DNA of 64,000 nucleotides from NCBI GenBank assembly GCA_965248355.1, contig OZ252098.1, positions 5,248,001-5,312,000 on the forward strand. The letters run 5' to 3'. The translations under genes and the position numbers were made by a program. Origin of the DNA: Candidatus Latescibacterota bacterium (GTDB lineage Bacteria; Latescibacterota; UBA2968; UBA8231). Shown here piece after piece: positions 55,961-64,000 of the stretch. Below the pieces are notes generated by a model. It worked only from the letters and a program-made list of their open reading frames with translations. It made no database searches and was not told the origin of the DNA. Each line of letters opens with the position of its first letter. Position 1 is the stretch's first letter.

Positions 55961-57083
55961 GCCCAGCTTCAGCCTCGGCGTCGAGGAGGAGTATCTGTTG
56001 GTCGACCGGGGCACGCGGGACCTGGTGAGTGAGCCGCATCCGGAGCTGATCGAGCGTTTGGAGAGGGAACTGGGCGGACACTTCAGCCCGGAGTTCCTGC
56101 GGCCCCAGGTCGAGGTCGGCACCTCGGTGCGCGCCTCCACGGCCGAGGTGCGCGCCGACCTGGAGCACCTGCGGCGCACCGTCGCCGGCATCGCCGCCGG
56201 TCACGGCCTCGGCCTCATCGCCGCCTCCACCCATCCCTTCGCCCGCTGGCGGGACCAGAAGCACACCGACAAGCCGCGCTACAACATCCTCCAGGAGGAC
56301 ATGCAGGTCGTCGCCCAGCGCCTGCTCATCTGCGGCATGCACGTCCACGTGGGCATCGAGGACGACGAGCTGCGCGTCGACATCCTCAACCAGGTCTCCT
56401 ACTTCCTCCCCCACCTGCTGGCTTTGAGCACCTCCTCGCCCTTCTGGGAGGGCACCGAGACGGGCCTGCAGTCCTACCGCCTGTGCGTCTTCGACGAGCT
56501 GCCCCGCACCGGCCTGCCCGAGCGCTTCGAGAGCCACGACGAGTACCGCCGCACGGTGGACCTGATGACCGCGGCGGGCCTGATCGAGGACGCCACCAAG
56601 CTGTGGTGGGACGTGCGCCCGAGCGCCCGCTTCCCCACCCTCGAGATGCGCGTCACCGACGTGTGCACGCGCCTGGAGGACGCCCTCTGCTGCACCGCCC
56701 TGTTCCGCTGCATCTGCCGCATGCTCTTCCGGCTGCGGCGCGACAACCAGCGCTGGCGGATCTACACCCGCACCCTGGTGGACGAGAACCGCTGGCGCGC
56801 CCAGCGCTACGGCATCGACGAGGGCATGGTCGACTTCGGCCGCGGCGAGATCGTGGCCTTCCCGCAGCTGGTGGACGAGCTGCTGAACCTGGTCCGGGAG
56901 GACGCCGAGCACTTCGGCTGCGTCGCCGAGGTGGAGCACGCCCGCACGATCGTCGAGCGGGGGACCAGCTCCCACATGCAGGCGGAGTGCTACCGGAAGG
57001 CGTTGCAGGACGGCGCCACGCGCGAGGAGGCGCTGAGGGGGGTGGTGGATGTTCTCATGAAGGCGACGCTGGCGGGGTTCTAA
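55947..57083 (+). CDS. Carboxylate-amine ligase (glutamate-cysteine ligase family 2, YbdK-like)
   Basis: LGVEEEY, QVEVGT, GMHVHVG, SSPFW, WWDVRP, TLEMRVTD. Confidence 0.93.
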   Translation: MTLREPSFSLGVEEEYLLVDRGTRDLVSEPHPELIERLERELGGHFSPEFLRPQVEVGTSVRASTAEVRADLEHLRRTVAGIAAGHGLGLIAASTHPFARWRDQKHTDKPRYNILQEDMQVVAQRLLICGMHVHVGIEDDELRVDILNQVSYFLPHLLALSTSSPFWEGTETGLQSYRLCVFDELPRTGLPERFESHDEYRRTVDLMTAAGLIEDATKLWWDVRPSARFPTLEMRVTDVCTRLEDALCCTALFRCICRMLFRLRRDNQRWRIYTRTLVDENRWRAQRYGIDEGMVDFGRGEIVAFPQLVDELLNLVREDAEHFGCVAEVEHARTIVERGTSSHMQAECYRKALQDGATREEALRGVVDVLMKATLAGF

Positions 57084-57125
57084 GGGTGAGGTCCGGCCGG
57101 AACGGAGCCCGCGTTCACCTGTGCA

Positions 57126-57157
57126 TTGACCCGAAAACGCCAGGGGGGGGGTATGCT
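57126..57157 (+). promoter_or_regulatory. Putative sigma70 promoter with a G9 tract in the spacer
   Basis: TTGACC-N20 (ending in G9)-TATGCT upstream of the methyltransferase. Confidence 0.45.
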
Positions 57158-57217
57158 GCTTGGAGCATGCTTGAAGACGGTTGTCTTCCCCGCATGCCTC
57201 AAGAGGAAAGGAACAAG

Positions 57218-58177
57218 ATGGCGAAGAGTCAGGAATCTGGTCGGACCGAAATGGATGACATCGTTGTCGAACTCACTGAGTTCCGGCAAACATCGCACGG
57301 CGCCGAAATCATCCTCTATCAGCGGGATTGCATCTCGGGGATGCAGGAGTTGCTGGAGCCGGAGTCGATCGACGTCGTGGTGACTTCGCCTCCCTACAAC
57401 CTCGGCGTCGCCTACCGGTCCTACGACGACACCGTGCCGCGAGCCGAGTACCTGGACTGGATCGAGGCCTGGGGGGAGGCGCTCCGGAGGGTGCTGAGTC
57501 GCGGAGGATCGCTGTTCCTCAATGTCGGGGGGAAACCGTCGGAGCCTTGGGGGCCCTTCGACATTCTTCAGCGGCTTCGGAAGCTGTTCGCACTGCAGAA
57601 CACGTTCCACTGGATCAAGTCGATCGCCATCGACGCTGACCACGCCGGGAGCGCTGGTGCCCGAAGCGGTCGTGCTCTCGCCAACAGTGTCTCGGTAGGT
57701 CACTACAAGCCCATAAACAGCAGTCGGTACGTCAACGACTGCCACGAGTACATCTTTCACCTGACCAGGTTCGGGGACGTCGAACTGGATCGACTTGCGG
57801 TCGGCGTGGAGTACCAGGACAAGTCCAACATAGGCCGATGGTCAGCGGCAAAGGAAGATCTGCGATGCCGCGGCAACACGTGGTTCGTTCCCTACCAGAC
57901 GATCCAGAGCCGCGAGAAGGAACGGCCGCACCCGGCGACGTTTCCGATCCGATTGCCCGAGATGTGCATCCGGCTGCACGGACTGCAACGGGTCGATCGC
58001 GTCATGGATCCGTTCCTGGGACTCGGACACACGGCGCTGGCATGCAAGGCGCTGGGAGTCCCTTTCCTGGGTTTCGAGCTGGATGAGGGATACTTCGAGG
58101 AAGCGCGCCACTTGCTCGAAACCTTCGACCCTGCGGCGATGGACAGGGCGAGCCGGGATCAGTTGTCTCTTTTCTGA
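57218..58177 (+). CDS. Orphan site-specific DNA methyltransferase (N4/N6, beta-type order)
   Basis: VVTSPPYN precedes HPATFP and VMDPFLGLGHT, GFELD. Confidence 0.92.
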   Translation: MAKSQESGRTEMDDIVVELTEFRQTSHGAEIILYQRDCISGMQELLEPESIDVVVTSPPYNLGVAYRSYDDTVPRAEYLDWIEAWGEALRRVLSRGGSLFLNVGGKPSEPWGPFDILQRLRKLFALQNTFHWIKSIAIDADHAGSAGARSGRALANSVSVGHYKPINSSRYVNDCHEYIFHLTRFGDVELDRLAVGVEYQDKSNIGRWSAAKEDLRCRGNTWFVPYQTIQSREKERPHPATFPIRLPEMCIRLHGLQRVDRVMDPFLGLGHTALACKALGVPFLGFELDEGYFEEARHLLETFDPAAMDRASRDQLSLF

Positions 58178-58280
58178 GGGCGGCGGACACTGCGCCGGCG
58201 GGCATCGGGCTTGACTTCGTCCACGAAAAGGGGATGATAGGGGAGCTTGTGCCCGGGACCCAGCAGAAGGAGGCCCTCCC

Positions 58281-58682
58281 TTGGGACTCACCTACCTCGA
58301 CATCGACCTCGCCAATCCCGCCCGGCCGGAGGACTTCCGCACCGAGCAGTTTCTGATCGACTCGGGGGCCGTCTATTCGGTGGTCCAAGGTCCGGTCCTG
58401 GAGGACCTGGGCATCCAGCCCCACTCACGCCGGACCTTTACCCTGGCCAATGGCGATCAGATCGAACGCCCCTTGGGGGATGCCCTGTTCCGTTACAAGG
58501 AGCACCGGGGGGCCGCGCCGGTCATCTTCGGCGAGCCCGGCGACAGCAATCTTCTGGGTGTGGTCACCCTCGAGGCTCTGGGCTACGTGCTGGATCCCCT
58601 GAAGCGGGAACTGCGCTCCCTGCCGATGCTGCTGGCGGGGTTGGCTACCGCGCCCGCATCAGAAACACCCGGTCCGTATTGA
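58281..58682 (+). CDS. Clan AA (retropepsin-like) aspartic protease
   Basis: RBS aaggagg with TTG start; LIDSGA; LLGVVTLEALG. Confidence 0.85.
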   Translation: MGLTYLDIDLANPARPEDFRTEQFLIDSGAVYSVVQGPVLEDLGIQPHSRRTFTLANGDQIERPLGDALFRYKEHRGAAPVIFGEPGDSNLLGVVTLEALGYVLDPLKRELRSLPMLLAGLATAPASETPGPY

Positions 58683-60510
58683 GCACGTCGTTGACGCGGT
58701 CGTCCCAGAAGGCGCCGCCGGCGATCAGCAGCCGGCCGTCGGCGTCGGCCGCCGCGGCCCAGCTCAGCTTCAGGGGCAGGTCGGGGCCCCGGGTCCAGCG
58801 GCCGCTGGCCGGGTCGTAGGCGTAGCTCTCGGTGCGGCCCCCGGCGGCGCTCCCGCCCAACACCCAGACTCGATCCTGAAAGGCCGTGCACAGGGGGGCG
58901 TTGGGCGCCTTGACCGGGTGCTCCACCTCGCTCCAGTGGTCCCGGCCGGGATCGTAGACGAACAGGCCCGGGCACTGGCTCTTGGGTCCCGCGGCGATGT
59001 AGAGGCGGTCGTCGAGGACGCAGCCGCTGGCCTGGTAGACCGTGCCCGGGGGCGGGGTGTCGACGCGCCAGTCCGACTCTCCGGGGCCGATGCTGAGGAG
59101 TTGCGCCACGGGACCTTCCTCGCCGGCGCCGCCCACACCGTAGAGCCGGCCTGCGGCGGTCAGGGCCACCACCTGGCCGGCCTTCTGGGGCAGGGACGGG
59201 CCGAGACGGTAGCGCTGTGTGGCCGGATCGAAGATCTCCACCGTCGCCGTGGGCCGCGTGGCGTCGCCCTCGCCGTGGCGGAAAAGCCCCCCCAGCAGCC
59301 ACAGTTCGTCCTCGAGGACGGCGATGCCGGAGTAGGCCTTGCCGGGCTCCAGCATGGGCGCCTCCACGCGCCAGGTGCCGGTGGGGACGTGGTAGGACCA
59401 CACGTGGTCCAGGTTGACCCACTCGTTGGCGGGCCAGCCGAAGAAGGTCTTGCCGCCGGCGGTGTAGAGGCGGTCGCCGATGCGGGCGAAGATGTTGTCG
59501 TGGTTGCCCGCCGGCATGAGGGGCAGCTCCTCCCAGTGCTCGTGCCAGGGCTTCTCCAGGTCGGCGAAGCGCTGCACCCGCCCCGCCCTCAGCACCCAGA
59601 GACCGCCGGAGCCGGCGTGCAGAATCGCCCGCACCGGGCCCTCGCCCGCCGGCAGGACGTCCCGCCAGGCGGGCGGGTCGTCGGCGTTGACCATCAGCTC
59701 CCGCAGGCTGCCGTCGCCGAACCCCACCAGGAGCTGGGCGCCGCCGCGGCCGATGGCGGTGATGGGGGCGTCCACGGGGTTGGCGAAGGAGCGGTGGCCG
59801 GCCGAGCGGGCGTCGGCGCGCACGAGGGTGTTCTCCACCGCCGCCCAGACGAAGCCGGCGTCGTCGTCGGCCGCGCCGCTCCAGGGGCCGGCGAGCAGGT
59901 CCTCGGGGAGGTCGAGGCGCTGCCAGGCGTGGGGGCCCCGGTCGGTGAGCACGGCCAGGTCCCGCCGCTCGCCGTCGGCGGCCACGGCCCAGACGTTGCC
60001 GAAGGGATCGTCGCAGACGGGGGTGATCTCCCAGCCTGGGGGGACCAGGGGCGCTGCCTCGAAGAGGGCGTCGCCCCGGCGCACGTCGGCGCACCCGGCG
60101 CACCAGACGTCTCCCCAGCGGGTCGCCAGCATCCGCCCCGGCGGCCCCTCGGGACGGAAGGATGGCGTCCGCGAGACCGGGGAGCCCCCGGCCCTCGGAT
60201 AGCGCATGACCTCGTCCCCGAGGGCCATCCACAGGTCGCCGTCCGGGGTGATCTGCAGGCCTCCGATGTGCCCCTCGGCGAAGGTCTCCCAGGAGCCGTT
60301 GTCCTCACCGCCCCGGGCGACCACGCCCCCGGCGCCGGGGACGGCGGCGTAGATGCGGCCGCCGCGGTCCTCGAGCAGGAGACCCGGCCCCTCGGGCAAG
60401 CCCTCGTGCAGGGTCTCGGCGGCGGCGGGAAGGGCCGCGAGGATCCCGGCGGCGGCAAGGAGGCACAGGGTGAGGCCGGTCCGTCGGAGTCGGGGCTGAT
60501 CGGGCGCCAT
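58645..60510 (-). CDS. Secreted beta-propeller/Kelch-repeat protein
   Basis: Signal peptide; LYTAGG, LWLLGG, VEIFDP, YDP..W repeats. Start could be 60522 or 60525. Confidence 0.85.
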   Translation of the reverse strand: MAPDQPRLRRTGLTLCLLAAAGILAALPAAAETLHEGLPEGPGLLLEDRGGRIYAAVPGAGGVVARGGEDNGSWETFAEGHIGGLQITPDGDLWMALGDEVMRYPRAGGSPVSRTPSFRPEGPPGRMLATRWGDVWCAGCADVRRGDALFEAAPLVPPGWEITPVCDDPFGNVWAVAADGERRDLAVLTDRGPHAWQRLDLPEDLLAGPWSGAADDDAGFVWAAVENTLVRADARSAGHRSFANPVDAPITAIGRGGAQLLVGFGDGSLRELMVNADDPPAWRDVLPAGEGPVRAILHAGSGGLWVLRAGRVQRFADLEKPWHEHWEELPLMPAGNHDNIFARIGDRLYTAGGKTFFGWPANEWVNLDHVWSYHVPTGTWRVEAPMLEPGKAYSGIAVLEDELWLLGGLFRHGEGDATRPTATVEIFDPATQRYRLGPSLPQKAGQVVALTAAGRLYGVGGAGEEGPVAQLLSIGPGESDWRVDTPPPGTVYQASGCVLDDRLYIAAGPKSQCPGLFVYDPGRDHWSEVEHPVKAPNAPLCTAFQDRVWVLGGSAAGGRTESYAYDPASGRWTRGPDLPLKLSWAAAADADGRLLIAGGAFWDDRVNDVLNTDRVFLMRAR

Positions 60511-60800
60511 GGCGGGGAACATCATCTTGGTCCTCCGGAGGGGGACGGGTTTCTGCGGTCTTGCGAGCCGACAACTCACCCGACGGCCGGCGGTGGGCAC
60601 CGGGCCGACGCGGGTCGTGGCGGCTGCGGCGAGAGCCGACAACATACCCCGAGGGCCGGCGGCGGGCCAAGGAGGAAGCCCAGCCGGCCGGCGTTGGGCC
60701 AAGGAGGCGGCCCCCGGCCAGGCGGCGCCTGCGGGTCCCCGCCGCCATGTCCTACCTTTGACAGCGCAACCGATCCACACCGTCACCCCGGGGGCAAAGC

Positions 60801-61823
60801 GTGAAACCCTTTCTCGATTCCACCGACGCCGTCGACGACGGCCCCGAGCTGGCGCGGCGCATGGACCGCAACGGCTACCTGTTCGTGCGCGGCCTGCTGC
60901 CCGCGGACCAACTGGAGATCGTGCGCCGGCGCTTCCTCGGCTTTGCCCGCGACGCCGGCTGGCTCGTGGAGGGCACGGATCTCGCCGAGGCCCTGGCCGA
61001 TCTCGAGGGCTTCTGCGTCGAGCCGCAGCCGGAGTACATGGCCGTGATCCGCGCCGTCCACGAGCTGGAGGAGTTCCACGCCCTGCAGCACTCGCCCGAG
61101 CTGCTGGCCCTGCTCGGGCGCCTGTGCGGCGGTTCCGAGATCCTGCCCCACCCGAGGCTCATCCCGCGCGCCATCTTCCCCCGGCGGGAGGCGTACACGA
61201 CCCCGCCGCACCAGGACTTCATCCCCATCCAGGGCACGGAATCGACCTACACGGCCTGGATCCCCCTGTCCGCCCTGCCCGCCGACATGGGCGGCGTGCA
61301 GATCGCCGCCGGCTCCCACCTCGGCGGCATCTACGACTTCCGGCCGGCCCTCGGCGCCGGCGGCATCGAGATCACCCGCTCCTTCGACGGCACCTGGCGC
61401 GGCGGCCCCTTCGCCCAGGGCGACGTCCTGTTCTTCCACAGCCTCGCCGTGCACCGGGGCGTGCCGAACGTCTCCGAGCGCCTGCGCATGTCCTTCGACG
61501 CCCGCTTCCAGCGCGTCGGCGACCCCATCTCGCCGGACACGCTGCTGCCCTTCACCCGGCCCCAGACGTGGGAGGAGATCTACGCCGGCTGGACGGCCGA
61601 CTCGCCGTACCGCTACTACTGGGAGGGGCATAGCCTGGACCTGAAGAAGTACGACCCCAGCTACCACCGAAAGCGGGACGCCATGGCCATGGAGATGGCC
61701 GAGGAGGGGGATCCGCGGGCGCGCTCCGCGCTGCAGCGGATCGTCGCACGAGACCAGGACCCCGGGCGCCGCGAGAAGGCCCGGGAACTGCTGGAGAGTC
61801 TCGACCGCCCGGCGCCGGGTTGA
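60801..61823 (+). CDS. PhyH-family dioxygenase
   Basis: PPHQDF (HxD), WIPL, VHRG, RMSFDARF. Confidence 0.9.
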   Translation: MKPFLDSTDAVDDGPELARRMDRNGYLFVRGLLPADQLEIVRRRFLGFARDAGWLVEGTDLAEALADLEGFCVEPQPEYMAVIRAVHELEEFHALQHSPELLALLGRLCGGSEILPHPRLIPRAIFPRREAYTTPPHQDFIPIQGTESTYTAWIPLSALPADMGGVQIAAGSHLGGIYDFRPALGAGGIEITRSFDGTWRGGPFAQGDVLFFHSLAVHRGVPNVSERLRMSFDARFQRVGDPISPDTLLPFTRPQTWEEIYAGWTADSPYRYYWEGHSLDLKKYDPSYHRKRDAMAMEMAEEGDPRARSALQRIVARDQDPGRREKARELLESLDRPAPG

Positions 61824-61889
61824 GCCGGCGGCCGCGGGTCAGGCGCCCTCGACCAGGACCCGCCGCCAGCCATCGGACCCGGGAGCGGC

Positions 61890-61907
61890 CGGAGGGTTCG
61901 CCCTCCG
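61890..61907. terminator. GC hairpin between convergent genes
   Basis: CGGAGGG-TTCG-CCCTCCG, 7-bp stem; no U-tract. Confidence 0.35.
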
Positions 61908-61939
61908 ACTGAGTTGCGCCGGCCGTTCAGGCCCGGCGC

Positions 61940-62692
61940 TCAGACGCAGCCCTCGTACTCGCGGCCGCTGAGCAAGTGGTAGCTCGGCTGGTCGCCCTCG
62001 CCGGTCCAGTGGGATCTCGCCGTCATGTAGTGGGTGGCCAGGCCGCGGCGGAAGGTCGGCGTGCGGTTCGGTCCGGAGCGGTGCTGGATCAGCCCGTGGT
62101 GGAAGGAGCAGCCGCCGGCCCGCAGGGTCACGGCCCGCTCCCGCTCCCGGTCGATGGCGGCGTCGGGGATCTTCATGTCCTTGCGGTCACCGACCATCCA
62201 CGCCTCGCTGTGATCGACGGCGCCGAGCTTGTGGCTGCCGGCGACCACGTACATGCAGCCGTTCTCCTCGGTCACGTCGTCGAGGGCCACCCAGGCCGTG
62301 ATCATCTCCATGGGCCGGATGGGGAAGTAGGGGCAGTCCTGGTGGTAGGTCTTCTCGATGCCCCCGGGGGGCTTCATGAAGAGTTGGTCGCCGAAGAGCT
62401 TCACGTCCTCGCCCAGCAGGTCGACGATGGCCTCGAGGATGCGTGGATGGCGGGCGTGGCCGACGAAGAACGAGTCGTGCCCGCTCGGCTTGTTGATCTT
62501 GCGCAGATGCTCCATGCGCCGGCCCGAGGCCCCGGGCTCGTACTCGACGGAGCTCTCGGGGAACTCCACCTCCCCGTCGGCGATCCCGCGCACCCGCTCG
62601 CGCAGGGCCTCCACCTCCCCCTCCTCCAGGCACGGGTCCAGAATGAGGTACCCCTCGTCATGAAAACGTTCGGTCTGTTCCGTGGACAGCAT
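61940..62692 (-). CDS. PhyH-family dioxygenase
   Basis: FMKPPG, YHQDCPY, AWVALDD, NGCM, HRSGPN. Confidence 0.92.
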   Translation of the reverse strand: MLSTEQTERFHDEGYLILDPCLEEGEVEALRERVRGIADGEVEFPESSVEYEPGASGRRMEHLRKINKPSGHDSFFVGHARHPRILEAIVDLLGEDVKLFGDQLFMKPPGGIEKTYHQDCPYFPIRPMEMITAWVALDDVTEENGCMYVVAGSHKLGAVDHSEAWMVGDRKDMKIPDAAIDRERERAVTLRAGGCSFHHGLIQHRSGPNRTPTFRRGLATHYMTARSHWTGEGDQPSYHLLSGREYEGCV

Positions 62693-63023
62693 GGCGGCTC
62701 CTTTTCTGGGGGCCAACGAAAGCCGGACCTCCGCTACAGGGCAAGGCGGGCGAGCCTGCGCCGACGGGGCGATCCTCCCTTGCAGCGCCGGCGGCGATCT
62801 CGTAGATGAGGGGCGCCACCCACCTGGAAGGAGAGCCGATGGCCCCGCCGATCACCAGACAGAAGGCTATCCCGCGCCGGGCCGGGACCCGGACCCCGGC
62901 CCGGGGCGACGAGGAATTCCCCAGCCGCCGGAGCCGCGCCCGCCCGGAGCCCGAGGCTCAAGCCGCGCGACGGGGCGAGGATTTCCCCCACGGCCGGATC
63001 CCTGTCCGCCCGGAGGACCGCAC

Positions 63024-64000
63024 GTGAGCGCCGAGCGCCCGCCGCCCCGGGGCTTGTGGGGCCTGCTGCGCAACATCGGGCCGGGGGTGGTGGTCTCGGG
63101 GTCCGTGGTCGGCTCCGGCGAGCTGCTGGTGACCACGCGCATGGGCGCCGAGGTCGGGTTCGTCTTCCTCTGGGGGGTGATCCTCGCCTGCGTCATCAAG
63201 TTCTTCATCCAGCTCGAGCTGGGCCGCCAGTGCCTGCTCCACGACGACACCACCATCGACGCCCTGGACCGGCTCCCCGGGTTCCGCCCCGGCGGCGTCT
63301 CGCTGGGCGCCTGGGTCTGCGTGGCCGGCTACTTCTCGGTCTTCATCGCCGTCATCGGCATCCTCGGCTCGGTGGCCGGCCTGATGCAGTCGGTCCTGCC
63401 CGCGCTGCCCCACCAGGTGTGGGCGGTCATGGTCTTCGCCGCCATGACCCTGCTGCTGTGGCGCGGTCTGTACCAGGACCTGGAGAAGATGGTGGCCGTC
63501 CTGGTGGCCACCTTCAGCAGCATCGTCATCGGCTGCCTGATCGCGCTGCAGGGCACGCCCCACGCCATGTCGGCGGCCGAGCTGGCCTCGGGGTTCGGCT
63601 TCGAGATGCCCTCCGACGGGGCCTTCGTGGCCCTGGCGGTGATGGGCTCGGTGGGGGCCACCGCGGTGGAGTTGTTCATGTATCCCTACTGGGTGCGTGA
63701 GAAAGGCTACCCGCGCTTCATCGGCCCCGACGACGGCACCCCCGAGTGGCGCCTCCGCTACCGCGGCTGGATGCGGGTGCTGGCCACCGACGCCGGCGTG
63801 TGCACGGCCATCGCCCTGGCCATCACCTGCGCCTACTACCTGCTCGGCGCCTCCGTGCTGTCGCGGCTGCAGGTCCTGCCCGCGGGCATCGACGTGGCCG
63901 ACCAAGTCTCCCTGATCTTCACCGAGACCCTGGGGCCGGCGGCCAAGGCGGTCTTCATGGTCGGCGCCTTCTGCACCCTGTTCTCCACCCTCCTGGTCTT
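63024..64000 (+). CDS. NRAMP-family-like transporter, 3'-partial
   Basis: RBS ggagg with GTG start; IGPGVVVSGSVVGSGELLVTTRMGA...IKFFIQLELGR; frame open to the window end. Confidence 0.85.
   Translation, partial: MSAERPPPRGLWGLLRNIGPGVVVSGSVVGSGELLVTTRMGAEVGFVFLWGVILACVIKFFIQLELGRQCLLHDDTTIDALDRLPGFRPGGVSLGAWVCVAGYFSVFIAVIGILGSVAGLMQSVLPALPHQVWAVMVFAAMTLLLWRGLYQDLEKMVAVLVATFSSIVIGCLIALQGTPHAMSAAELASGFGFEMPSDGAFVALAVMGSVGATAVELFMYPYWVREKGYPRFIGPDDGTPEWRLRYRGWMRVLATDAGVCTAIALAITCAYYLLGASVLSRLQVLPAGIDVADQVSLIFTETLGPAAKAVFMVGAFCTLFSTLLV

Overview
GC-rich window from a diderm bacterium (TonB-dependent receptor, TolC, lipoproteins). Internalin-like LRR genes, several PhyH-family dioxygenases, a sulfatase-fold enzyme, TIM-barrel isomerases and ECF sigmas suggest an FCB-group, possibly host-associated, organism (inference only). 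Layout: (i) 1-12 kb is a decaying accessory region with two frameshifted LRR paralogs, an in-frame LRR::double-AAA junction, lipoproteins and a truncated ClpP-like gene coupled to an AAA+ ATPase. Three of its genes are preceded by the same palindrome, TGCGACA-N5-TGTCGCA. (ii) 12-24.5 kb holds intact ECF sigma and catabolic genes. (iii) 24.6-39.9 kb is an intact 7-gene operon mixing RND and ABC transport parts, including an RND permease fused to an ABC ATPase whose N-terminal strand is cut off by a ~175-aa membrane insert; this is the best candidate for an undescribed system. (iv) thyA, then a ~5 kb eroded defence island (type I RM remnant, MNT-HEPN TA pair) and tRNA-Glu(CTC). (v) 47-64 kb has metabolic genes, a PhyH homologue with a halogenase-like HxG motif, a glycoside-hydrolase-like gene bracketed by a ~113-bp duplicated gene start, and an orphan DNA methyltransferase with a G9 tract in its putative promoter spacer. 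All calls come from reading motifs by eye; no searches were run.
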